Shown: piece by piece, positions 46,089 through 54,935 of the stretch
Numbering within the stretch: the first letter of the stretch is position 1
Layout of the letters: each line of letters begins with the position of its first letter
Origin: Actinomycetota bacterium
GTDB taxonomy: Bacteria > Actinomycetota > UBA4738 > HRBIN12
Length of the DNA: 64,000 bases
Assembly (NCBI GenBank): GCA_035711865.1
Contig: DASTBT010000129.1
Coordinates: 10,343 to 74,342, forward strand
Direction of reading: 5' to 3'
The notes under the pieces: model-generated
The model's input: only the letters and a program-made list of their open reading frames with translations
The model's database searches: none
Told to the model about the DNA's origin: nothing
Program-made: the position numbers and the translations under genes

Positions 46089-49000
46089 TCAGACCAGCCG
46101 CCCCCTCGCGAGGGCCTCCGCCTCCCCGTGCATCGCTCGGCGTTCGTGCAACAGGGACGTGAGCTCCTCGACGGGGAGCGGCTCGGAGAAGAAGTAGCCC
46201 TGCCCCAGGTCGCAACGCAGCTCCAGCAGGCGCTGCAACTGGTCGGCGCGTTCGATGCCCTCGGCGACCGGCGTGAGATGAAGGATGCCTGCGAGCTTGA
46301 TGACCGCTTCCGTCAGGGCCGGATCCTCCCCGTCACCGATCACCCCGTCGACGAAGGACTTGTCCACCTTCAGGATGTCGACGGGGAACCTGCGGATGTA
46401 GTTCAGCGACGAATACCCCGTCCCGAAGTCGTCGACCGCTAGACGCACCCCGAGGCTCTTGAGCTGTCCGAGCCGCTCGATCGAGAGCTCCAGGTCGTGC
46501 ATCATCACGCTCTCGGTGATCTCGAGGATCAGCGACCCAGGCTCGAGGCCCGTCGCTGCCAGGATCTCGCGGACCTCGCCGACGATCTCGGGTCTCGAGA
46601 CCTGTCGAGCGGAGAGGTTCACCGCCATGTGCAGCGGCGGTTCGGCCGGGAAGTCTCGCTGAAGCTCGACCGCGGTCCGACAGGCCTCCCTCAGCACCCA
46701 CCGGCCGATCTCGACGATCAGCCCGGTCTCCTCGGCGAGCGGGATGAACTCGAGAGGAGGCACGAGGCCGCGGACCGGATGGATCCAGCGGACCAAGGCC
46801 TCCACGCCCGCGATCCGCCCGGTCTCGAGCTCGATCACCGGCTGGTAGTGAAGCCGGTACTCCTCGTATTCGATCGCCCGCTGAAGGTCTGCCTTGAGCT
46901 CGAGTCGCTTGAGGGCCGTGTCGTGCATCGCCGGCTCGAAGACCTGGTACGTGCCCTTCCCCCGCTCCTTCGCCATGTACATCGCGACGTCAGCATTGCG
47001 CAGCAGCTCCTCGACGCCGCCACCGTGTTCTCCGTCGATCGTGGCGATGCCCACCGAGGCCCGAACGAAGACCTCCTTGCCCTCGAGCGCGAAGGGCTCC
47101 TCGAACATCTGCATGATCCGGTCGGCCACGTCGACCGCCTGCACGCCGTCGTCGCCGTCCTCGAGCAGGATCGCGAACTCGTCGCCGCCGAGCCTCGCGG
47201 CGGTGTCGGCCGCGCGGAGACATCGGCGCAGCCTTCCTCCGACCTCCGCGAGCAGCTGATCGCCGGCGGCGTGCCCCAGCGAGTCGTTGATCGTCTTGAA
47301 GTCGTCGAGATCCATGAATAGCACCGAGATCGGCTCGTGGTCCCGCGCGTGCCGATCGATGGCGTGGGTGACTCGGTCGCGGAACAGGGCTCGGTTCGCG
47401 AGCGACGTCACGGAGTCGTGGAACGCCTGGTGTTCGAGTTGCTGCTCGAACCGCTTGCGTTCCGTCACGTCACGCACGTTCAGCACGGTGCCGCCGACGT
47501 TGGGGTCGTCCGCCTGGTACGAGAACAGGGTCTCCGTGGCGACGTACTCGCCTCGAGCGTGCCGCACTCGGAGCTCGACGATCATCGAGTCGTGGCCGTT
47601 CTCGTGGTGCGCCTCCATGCCCTGCACGGTCCTGCCTGCGTCGTCGGGATGCACGAGGTCTGAGAACCGTGTCCCCTCGAGACGTTGTGGGTCGTATCCG
47701 AGCACGCGCGCGACGGCGGGACTGATGTAGCTGATGACCGTGTCGTGATCGACCACGCAGACGACGTCGGAGGAGTTACTCACGAGCGACGCGAACCGAG
47801 CCTCGCTCTGCTGCCGGAGCAGGTTGCGCGTCAACGCCGCCGATTCGAGCGCGAGAGCCACCTGCGTGCTCAGAGCGGTCAGGGAGTCGACGAGCGAGCG
47901 GTCCATCTCCTCGGGCGTGGCGACCACCATCAACCCTCGGAGCTCGCCGAGCACGAACAACGGCGCGGTGAAGACCGATCCTTCCTCGCGGCGGACCAGG
48001 AAGAGGTCGCTCACGAGGGTGCTCTCGTACGTCCTTGCCACGAACGCCTCGTTGGCACGGAGCAGGTCGCGCTTCCACTCGGGGAACAGCGACAAGCTGA
48101 ATCGGGAGCCGCTCGCGTCGAGGGCTCCGGAGGATGCCATCACCACGAAGCGCTCCGGTCGCTGCGGCGAGTCGCACATACGCACCGCCGCGTCGGTTCC
48201 GGCGAGCGCCGAGATCGCATCGATCGCGGCCCGATGGATGCCATCCTGGTTCGTCGCCGTCGCGAGCTTGGCGCCGGCCCCTCGCAGCGCCATCTCATAA
48301 GCGGCGGAACGTTCCTGCGCCCGGGCCAAGCCCCACATGCGGGCGACCACCAAGAGGAAGAGCACGATCGTGGCGTCGACCAGCACGCCGATCCCTCGGT
48401 CGCCCGAACCCGGCAGCACCTGGAGCGCGATCATCGACGGGGCGATCAGCGACGCCGCTGCCAGGAGTACCAGGCGGAGCGATCCCAGCACACGATCGTC
48501 GGTCGCCGGCTCGGTCAGGCTCTTCATCGACGGGTGCATCGCCGCCAACCCGATCAGCACGGCGCCGGTCGCGGCGCCGAACGCGGTGAGCTGTTCGGCC
48601 CGGTCGCCGAACGAGGCCATGGTCGTGGCCACGATCATGGCTGCGGAATGCGCGATCGCGACCGACGCCAGAGCCGCCACCAGCGCCCACAGCGCCGCGG
48701 TTCGCGGCCGCGGTGTGATGGCGAGCCGAACGGCCACGCCGACCATGCAGAGGTCGAAGAGTTGGCTCGTGAGCGCGAGCGCTCGCTCGTCGAGCGGGAT
48801 CCGGGGAGCCGTCATGGACGGTTCGAGCAGCGCGACCCAGGCGACCGTTCCGACGCCCACCGCGACCGTGAATGCATCGATCGCGCCGGCTCGATCGGAT
48901 CCATCGCATCGAATCCGCACGATCGTCAACGTGGCCCCGATGAGCAGCATCGGTGCGGCGAGCGATGACCATGCGATCACCTCGGCCGTCGCACCCGTAT

Positions 49001-49235
49001 GCCGGATCGACGACGGAAGGGCCTCCAAGAGGGTCGGGGCCTGGAGCGAGACGATCGCGGCTCCGAGCAGCACCCAGATCCACCTGCGGCTCGGCCGGTA
49101 ACGGTGCACGCCGGCCACCACCGCGATCGCGGCCACCGCCCCGAGCGCGGCGCCGACCTGCCAGGCGGCGGCGCCGGCCAACGCGGTGGCTGCGCCGGCG
49201 ACCGGGGCCAGCACGAACCACAGGTTCCGAGACAT
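46089..49235 (-). CDS. membrane-bound GAF-PAS-GGDEF-EAL signalling protein
   Basis: ATG at 49235 inside ORF 46089..50774. About 9 N-terminal TM helices, GAF-like region, PAS (FASLVSNSSDVVCVVD...). Intact RLGGDEFAILL, EAL (GVEALVRW) and DDFGTGYSS motifs. Confidence 0.9.
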   Translation of the reverse strand: MSRNLWFVLAPVAGAATALAGAAAWQVGAALGAVAAIAVVAGVHRYRPSRRWIWVLLGAAIVSLQAPTLLEALPSSIRHTGATAEVIAWSSLAAPMLLIGATLTIVRIRCDGSDRAGAIDAFTVAVGVGTVAWVALLEPSMTAPRIPLDERALALTSQLFDLCMVGVAVRLAITPRPRTAALWALVAALASVAIAHSAAMIVATTMASFGDRAEQLTAFGAATGAVLIGLAAMHPSMKSLTEPATDDRVLGSLRLVLLAAASLIAPSMIALQVLPGSGDRGIGVLVDATIVLFLLVVARMWGLARAQERSAAYEMALRGAGAKLATATNQDGIHRAAIDAISALAGTDAAVRMCDSPQRPERFVVMASSGALDASGSRFSLSLFPEWKRDLLRANEAFVARTYESTLVSDLFLVRREEGSVFTAPLFVLGELRGLMVVATPEEMDRSLVDSLTALSTQVALALESAALTRNLLRQQSEARFASLVSNSSDVVCVVDHDTVISYISPAVARVLGYDPQRLEGTRFSDLVHPDDAGRTVQGMEAHHENGHDSMIVELRVRHARGEYVATETLFSYQADDPNVGGTVLNVRDVTERKRFEQQLEHQAFHDSVTSLANRALFRDRVTHAIDRHARDHEPISVLFMDLDDFKTINDSLGHAAGDQLLAEVGGRLRRCLRAADTAARLGGDEFAILLEDGDDGVQAVDVADRIMQMFEEPFALEGKEVFVRASVGIATIDGEHGGGVEELLRNADVAMYMAKERGKGTYQVFEPAMHDTALKRLELKADLQRAIEYEEYRLHYQPVIELETGRIAGVEALVRWIHPVRGLVPPLEFIPLAEETGLIVEIGRWVLREACRTAVELQRDFPAEPPLHMAVNLSARQVSRPEIVGEVREILAATGLEPGSLILEITESVMMHDLELSIERLGQLKSLGVRLAVDDFGTGYSSLNYIRRFPVDILKVDKSFVDGVIGDGEDPALTEAVIKLAGILHLTPVAEGIERADQLQRLLELRCDLGQGYFFSEPLPVEELTSLLHERRAMHGEAEALARGRLV

Positions 49236-49460
49236 CTCTCGCTGTATCGGTTTCGTTCCGAGATACCTGACTACCCGTGCTGGGGTAGTGCCCCCGTCAT
49301 CCGAGGAAGGTCCCGCAGCTCCAGGATGTGGAATGAGAGAACCCGCCAGGGGATCGGTCGCTGCCTCGGTGATGGGCCGCCGGTAGACTCCCGTCACGCG
49401 GGTGAGCTGGTGGCCGGGACACGGGCCGCACTCTCGTCGACCCACGAAGGAGGGACACAG

Positions 49461-50819
49461 GTGAGGACGATCGATCGTTCCCGTGTTGCCGAACTGATGG
49501 AGCGGGAGCGTTCCGTCTTCCGTGAGCGCCACGTCCGTAGCGGGCAGCTGTCTGAAGAAGCCAAGGGGTCGTTGTTGTTCGGCGTACCGATGAACTGGAT
49601 GACGCGCTGGCCTGGCGACCATCCCGTGTTCGTCGACCGGGCCGAAGGGGCTCGGTTCTGGGATGTCGACGGCAACGAGTTCGTCGACTTCTGCCTGGGT
49701 GACACCGGTGGCATGGCCGGGCATGCGCCGAAGATCGCCGTCGACGCGATCGCGGAGCAGGCGGCGAAGGGCATCACCTTGATGCTGCCGACCGAAGATG
49801 CCACCTGGGTGGGAAACGAGATGACGCGCCGGTTCGGGGTGCCGTACTGGCAGTTCACGCTGACCGCGACCGACGCGAACCGATCCGTGATCCGATGGGC
49901 CCGCGAGATCACCCGGCGCCCGAAGGTCGTCGTGCACAACTGGTGCTATCACGGCTCGGTCGACGAGACCTTCGCGACGATCGGTCCCGGCGGCGCGACC
50001 ACGGCCCGAGAGGGCAACATCGGCAAGCCGGTGCCGCTCGAGGAGACGACCCGCGTCGTGGAGATCAATGACCTCGAGGGTCTCGAAGCGGCCCTGGCCC
50101 ACGGCGACGTTGCGGCGTGCCTGTTCGAGCCGGCGCTCACGAACATCGGCATCGTGCTGCCCGACCCCGGCTACCACGAGGCCGTCAGAGAGCTCTGCTC
50201 CAGGTACGGGTCCTTGCTGATCATCGACGAGACGCACACGATCAGCGCCGGTCCGGGCGGGTGTACGAACGCGTGGGGCCTGCAACCCGACTTCGTCACG
50301 ATCGGGAAGACGCTGGGCGCCGGCATCGCGAGCGGTGCGTATGGCATGAGCGAGGAAGCATCGCGCCTCGTCTACGAGCACACCGACTGGAAGAACGCCG
50401 ATGTGGGCGGCGTGGGCGGCACACTCGCGGGCAACGCCCTCTCGCTCGCGGCGATGCGCGCGACCCTCGGCCAGATCATGACCGACGAAGCGTTCGAGCG
50501 CATGATCGGGCTCGGCGAGCGGTTCGAGCAGGGGGTTCGCGATGTGATCGAGTCGCGTGAGCTCCCGTGGCACGTGGTTCGCCTGGGCTGCCGCGTCGAA
50601 TACCTGTTCCGCCCCGACCCGGCTCGCGACGGCGCCGAGGCCGCGGCCGGTCAGGACGAGCAGGTCGACCCCTACATCCACCTCTTCCTGTTGAACCGAG
50701 GCGTCCTGATGACCCCGTTCCACAACATGGCCCTGATGTCGCCCGCGACCACGGCCGAGGACGTCGATCGGCACACCGAGGTCTACGCCGACATGTCCGA
50801 CGAGCTGATCGGTGGGTGA
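49461..50819 (+). CDS. class III aminotransferase (glutamate-1-semialdehyde aminomutase-like)
   Basis: GTG at 49461 with GAAGGAGGGA upstream. IIDETHT and TIGKTLGAG (PLP lysine) motifs. Confidence 0.85.
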   Translation: MRTIDRSRVAELMERERSVFRERHVRSGQLSEEAKGSLLFGVPMNWMTRWPGDHPVFVDRAEGARFWDVDGNEFVDFCLGDTGGMAGHAPKIAVDAIAEQAAKGITLMLPTEDATWVGNEMTRRFGVPYWQFTLTATDANRSVIRWAREITRRPKVVVHNWCYHGSVDETFATIGPGGATTAREGNIGKPVPLEETTRVVEINDLEGLEAALAHGDVAACLFEPALTNIGIVLPDPGYHEAVRELCSRYGSLLIIDETHTISAGPGGCTNAWGLQPDFVTIGKTLGAGIASGAYGMSEEASRLVYEHTDWKNADVGGVGGTLAGNALSLAAMRATLGQIMTDEAFERMIGLGERFEQGVRDVIESRELPWHVVRLGCRVEYLFRPDPARDGAEAAAGQDEQVDPYIHLFLLNRGVLMTPFHNMALMSPATTAEDVDRHTEVYADMSDELIGG

Positions 50820-50831
50820 GCTCGAAGCTCG

Positions 50832-51926
50832 TCAGTGCGAGGAGGCGAACGTGGCCATGAACCCGGCCAGCGCCTCGACCCCCTCGATCGGCATCGCGTT
50901 GTAGATGCTCGCACGGATGCCGCCGACGCTGCGGTGTCCCTTGAGCCCGGCGAGGCCCCGCTCGGCCGCCTGAGCGACGAACCGAGCGTCGAGGTCGTCG
51001 CCGGAAAGGCGGAAAGTCACGTTCACGATCGATCGGGAGCCGGGATCCGCGTGTCCGGCGTAGAAGCCGTCGCTGTCATCGATCGCGTCGTAGAGCAGCG
51101 CGGCCTTCGCCGTGGCACGTCGCTCCTGCTCGGCGAGGTCCTCCACCTGATCGCGCAGCCAACGGGTCACGAGCATCAAGACGTAGATCGCGAACACCGG
51201 GGGCGTGTTGAACAGCGAGTCGTTCTCGACGAACGTGCGGTAGTCGAGCATGGTCGGCAGCCCAGCCGGGGCACGCTCGAGCAGGTCGTCGCGCACGATC
51301 ACGACCGTGACCCCGGCGGGACCGAGATTCTTCTGGGCCCCGGCGTACAGCAATCCGATGGGGGCGACGTCGATCGGCCGCGACAGCAGGTCCGACGATG
51401 CATCTGCCACGATGGGCACACCCGGCGGCGCGGGGGGAATGACGGGCCACTGGACGCCTTCGATCGTCTCGTTCGTCGTGACGTGCAGGTAGACGGCGTC
51501 GGGCGAGGCCGACCACTCGTGAGGATCCGGCACACGGCGGGATCCTTCGTCGCCCCCGCTCCAGGCGACACGGACGGAGCCTTCCTTCCCGGCCTCGCGG
51601 ACGGCCTTCGCGCTCCATGACCCGGTCACGACGTATTCGGCGGTGCCTCGGGAGCCGCGGAGCAGATTCATGGGAGCCATCGAGAACTGCTGGGTCGCGC
51701 CACCTTGGCAGAACACGACGTGGTGGCTCGCCGGCACGTCGAGCAGCCCTCGCAGGTTGGCTTCGGCTTCTTCGATCACGTCGCCGAACCAAGCGCTGCG
51801 GTGAGAGATCTCGAGCGGGGAGATGCCGACGCCCGGCAGCGAGACGAGCTCACGACGGACCTGCTCGAGCACCGTCAGGGGCAACATCGCCGGCCCCGGA
51901 GCGAAGTTGACGACTCGGTCGCTCAT
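50832..51926 (-). CDS. serC: phosphoserine aminotransferase
   Basis: ATG at 51926 (MSDRVVNFAPGPAMLP...). SerC pattern including GGATQQF and GGIRASIYNAMP. Confidence 0.9.
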   Translation of the reverse strand: MSDRVVNFAPGPAMLPLTVLEQVRRELVSLPGVGISPLEISHRSAWFGDVIEEAEANLRGLLDVPASHHVVFCQGGATQQFSMAPMNLLRGSRGTAEYVVTGSWSAKAVREAGKEGSVRVAWSGGDEGSRRVPDPHEWSASPDAVYLHVTTNETIEGVQWPVIPPAPPGVPIVADASSDLLSRPIDVAPIGLLYAGAQKNLGPAGVTVVIVRDDLLERAPAGLPTMLDYRTFVENDSLFNTPPVFAIYVLMLVTRWLRDQVEDLAEQERRATAKAALLYDAIDDSDGFYAGHADPGSRSIVNVTFRLSGDDLDARFVAQAAERGLAGLKGHRSVGGIRASIYNAMPIEGVEALAGFMATFASSH

Positions 51927-51968
51927 CGGGTCAAGGCTACCGGGCGCCATCCGGGCTTCCCGTGCGGG

Positions 51969-52442
51969 TCATGCGCCGGGCTTGAACACCATGAGATACA
52001 GGATCACGAGCAGTCCGATCGCGCCCGAAGCGGCGGTGATCGCGGTGGCCGGGCCGTCGAGCACCGTCCGAAGGTCGTCGTCATCGAGCGTGTAGGAACC
52101 GTCGGACCACCGGGTGCACCCCTCGCGCAGGCGCTTCATGTGTGGCGTGGCCACCAACGACATCAGGGCCGTGAGCACGAGCAGCAGCAGCAGGGAGACG
52201 AGGAGCCACAGATCGGCGAAGAGCGAGCCGTCGATGCCGGCCGAGACGCCGCCGAGCAGCAGCAGGCCGAACGAGACGTACATCGGCATCACCGTTCGCT
52301 TCGACGTTTCGCACCACTCCAGGATGCGGTCACGGTCGGCCCCGACCGAGCGCACCGCGAGCATCGCCCACATCGACACGCCATGCGTCACGAGGAAGCC
52401 GGCGACCCCGACCAGATGCACGAAGACCCAGAACCGATACAT
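51969..52442 (-). CDS. 4-TM membrane protein, paralogue A
   Basis: ATG at 52442 inside ORF 51969..52907 (MYRFWVFVHLVGVAGFLVTHGVSMWAM...). Clearly alignable along its full length with 53548..54027. Confidence 0.7.
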   Translation of the reverse strand: MYRFWVFVHLVGVAGFLVTHGVSMWAMLAVRSVGADRDRILEWCETSKRTVMPMYVSFGLLLLGGVSAGIDGSLFADLWLLVSLLLLLVLTALMSLVATPHMKRLREGCTRWSDGSYTLDDDDLRTVLDGPATAITAASGAIGLLVILYLMVFKPGA

Positions 52443-52539
52443 GGCCGCAGGATACGGGTCACGTGGTGTGAGTCTCTGGGCGACCAGGTGTCGGTGACGC
52501 GGGGGCGCGGTAGCGTGCGAAGCTCGAGGAGGTCTCACC

Positions 52540-53544
52540 CTGGCGTACAAGCGGATCCTGTTCGGCACCGATGGCACCGCCCGAGCTGCGGCGACGAGCC
52601 ATGTGGCCGTCGCGCTGGCGAAGGCCGGGAAGGCCGAGCTGGTCGTGGCCCACGTCTGGGAGCGTCCCGAGGCCGCCCGACAGGTGCTCGACGAGGCGGT
52701 GGCCGCCGCGCAAGACGCCGGCGTGAAGAAGGTCACGGGAGAACTGCACGGGGGCCGTTCGCCTGCCGACGTCCTCATCGAGCTCGCCGAGTCGCGGGAC
52801 GTCGGACTGGTCGTCGTGAGCGGGGGGCGCAGCGCGACCGAGCTCGGGCCGACCGCAGACCGACTCTCCCATCGGTCGCCTCGCGACCTGCTGATCGCGA
52901 TGGACACCGAACGGGGAGACGGCCATCGCCTCTACCGCCGGGTGCTGATCGCGACCGACGGATCCGCCACGGCCGACCGTGCCGCTCGCAAGGGTTACGA
53001 TCTCGCGGCCTCGATCGGTGCCCCCGTGACGCTCGTGTTCGTGGGACACCCCGCGACCGGGAAGCTCGTCACAGACGATACCGTCGCTGTCTACGGGGCC
53101 GACGTCGAGTCCGAGATCGTGCTCCGGCAGGGTGAGCCGGCGGAGGAGATCCTCGGGGTCGCACGCGAGATCGGCGCCGATCTGATCGTGGTCGGGAACA
53201 AGGGCATGACCGGCGCGAAGCGGTTCATCCTCAACCCGGTTCCCGAGCAGGTCGTCGACCTCGCCGACCGCGACGTGCTCGTCGCTCGCACGATCGCGCA
53301 GGTGGCGTCGGAGCTCGAGCCCGGCGAGGGAGGCATCCTCGTGCAGGCCGGGGAGCGGCTCGCTGCGTTCATGGACGAGGGCGGCGAGATGCATCTGATG
53401 TCGGCTCGGTGCACGCATATGGGATGCACCGTGGCATGGAGCGCCGCCGATCACGTGTTCGAATGCCCCTGCCACGGATCGAGGTTCGGGCCGATGGGCG
53501 AGGTCGTGAACGGACCGGCCGCCAGGCCCTTGCCACCGGCCTGA
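52540..53544 (+). CDS. tandem universal stress protein domains fused to a C-terminal Rieske [2Fe-2S] domain
   Basis: USP motifs YKRILFGTDGT and YRRVLIATDGS...IVVGNKGMTGAKRFILNPVPEQV. Rieske CTH-x15-CPCH (CTHMGCTVAWSAADHVFECPCHGS). The first canonical start (GTG 52603) truncates the first USP strand. CTG 52540 is 7 nt downstream of GAGGAGG (52526-52532), and an in-frame stop lies at 52495. Confidence 0.75.
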   Translation: MAYKRILFGTDGTARAAATSHVAVALAKAGKAELVVAHVWERPEAARQVLDEAVAAAQDAGVKKVTGELHGGRSPADVLIELAESRDVGLVVVSGGRSATELGPTADRLSHRSPRDLLIAMDTERGDGHRLYRRVLIATDGSATADRAARKGYDLAASIGAPVTLVFVGHPATGKLVTDDTVAVYGADVESEIVLRQGEPAEEILGVAREIGADLIVVGNKGMTGAKRFILNPVPEQVVDLADRDVLVARTIAQVASELEPGEGGILVQAGERLAAFMDEGGEMHLMSARCTHMGCTVAWSAADHVFECPCHGSRFGPMGEVVNGPAARPLPPA

Positions 53545-53547
53545 GGG

Positions 53548-54027
53548 TCAGAACGTCTGACCGGGCTTGGTGACCATCAGCCAGATGATGATCGCGAGCC
53601 CACCGACCCCGATCGCCGTGATCAGATGTACCTTCGGCGAGTTCACGAGCTCATCGAGCTCTTCGTCGCTCGTTCGGGGCACGCCCGACGGTCGCATCGC
53701 ACAGGCGGCCGTGATGCGCTGGAAGTAGGGCTTCGCGATCAACGTCATCAGCGCGGTGGTCGCCACGAGCACCACGATCGAGATCCAGATCCACCAGTCG
53801 TCGAGCCACTTGCCCTGGTAGCCAGCGACGGCTCCCGACACGAACAGCACGACGAGCGCGACGTACATCGGCCGGGTCGTCGTGCCCGAGAACGTGATCG
53901 TGTCGGCGATCCGCTCCCGGTCGAGGTCGAGCGTCCGCAGACGGTAGAGCGCGAACATCGAGACGCCGTGCGCCAGGAGGAAGGCGGCGATACCGAGGAT
54001 GTGCAGCACGACCCAGTAGCGATACAT
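53548..54027 (-). CDS. 4-TM membrane protein, paralogue B
   Basis: 159 aa (MYRYWVVLHILGIAAFLLAHGVSMFAL...KPGQTF). Paralogue of 51969..52442. Confidence 0.75.
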   Translation of the reverse strand: MYRYWVVLHILGIAAFLLAHGVSMFALYRLRTLDLDRERIADTITFSGTTTRPMYVALVVLFVSGAVAGYQGKWLDDWWIWISIVVLVATTALMTLIAKPYFQRITAACAMRPSGVPRTSDEELDELVNSPKVHLITAIGVGGLAIIIWLMVTKPGQTF

Positions 54028-54063
54028 CGCGCGGGAGCATACCGAGTGGGGCTCGGACGGTGC

Positions 54064-54909
54064 CTAGCCCCTGGCGAGCGGGCGGGTCAGGCACGTCGGC
54101 CCGCCGTCGCCCTTGCGAGAGATCTCGTTCCCCGTGAACGTCCGCACGTCGACGCCCGCCGCTTCCATCCGGCGGCGGGTCTCGGGGTTGCCCTCCAACG
54201 CCAGGGCCACACGCGGGGCCAGCGCGAGCACGTTGGCACCCTGTGAGTCGAACTCCTCGTCGGGAACCTCGACGAGGGCGACGTCGCGGTCGTTGAGGAT
54301 CTCGATCAGGCGCACGGGCACCATGGGGCGGAAGACGACCGCCAGATCTCGATCCAACGGGGAGATGAACGACATCAGGTGCAGGCACGCGCCTGGGCCT
54401 CGGGAGTACGGCAGGTCGAACGACAGCACGTCGACGTCGGCGAGGGATCCCCGGATGTGCTCGATGCCCGCGTCGTTCGTCCGGAAGCCGCGACCCACCA
54501 GGAGCGTGCGTTCGTCGAGCCAGAACATGTCACCACCGTCCGCCGTCGCGGGGTCGCCCAACGAGCCGAGCACCGGGAACCCTGCCGCGGCGAGGTCGGT
54601 CGCGACCGCGGCGGGCTCCGCTTGCCTGCCGGGCTTGCCCGATCGCAGCAGGATCAGTCCACGGTCGGTCGGCAGCGTGGGGTCATACGCGTAGATCGCA
54701 TCGGGGTCGCCGGGCACGTCGGTCGCGGCGTCGAGCACCTCGGCTCCGACCGCTTCGAGTGCTTCACGGAACGCCGCGTGCTCTTCGACGGCCCTGCCGG
54801 GATCGGGAGCCGCTCGCCAGGCGTAGTCGCGCCACGCCTTCATCGCCTCGGTCGTCGGAGAGCGAACGTAGACGCGCCGAAGGGTTCCGACGGCGTCCTG
54901 GATGGCCAT
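54064..54909 (-). CDS. amidinotransferase-fold enzyme (dimethylarginine dimethylaminohydrolase / arginine deiminase-like)
   Basis: 281 aa. GGDMFWLDERTLLVGRGFRTN, C-terminal catalytic GGPTCLTRPL (Cys nucleophile) and HLMS motifs of the guanidino-modifying superfamily. Confidence 0.8.
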   Translation of the reverse strand: MAIQDAVGTLRRVYVRSPTTEAMKAWRDYAWRAAPDPGRAVEEHAAFREALEAVGAEVLDAATDVPGDPDAIYAYDPTLPTDRGLILLRSGKPGRQAEPAAVATDLAAAGFPVLGSLGDPATADGGDMFWLDERTLLVGRGFRTNDAGIEHIRGSLADVDVLSFDLPYSRGPGACLHLMSFISPLDRDLAVVFRPMVPVRLIEILNDRDVALVEVPDEEFDSQGANVLALAPRVALALEGNPETRRRMEAAGVDVRTFTGNEISRKGDGGPTCLTRPLARG

Positions 54910-54935
54910 CCGGACCGGCCGCGACGCCGCCGCCG

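Noticed and set aside
49236-50774. N-terminal 513 codons of the 1561-aa minus-strand ORF 46089..50774.
   Set aside because: This part is antisense to the class III aminotransferase gene and is Arg/Asp/Gly-rich with no features. The recognisable GGDEF-EAL protein begins with a hydrophobic N-terminus at the ATG at 49235.
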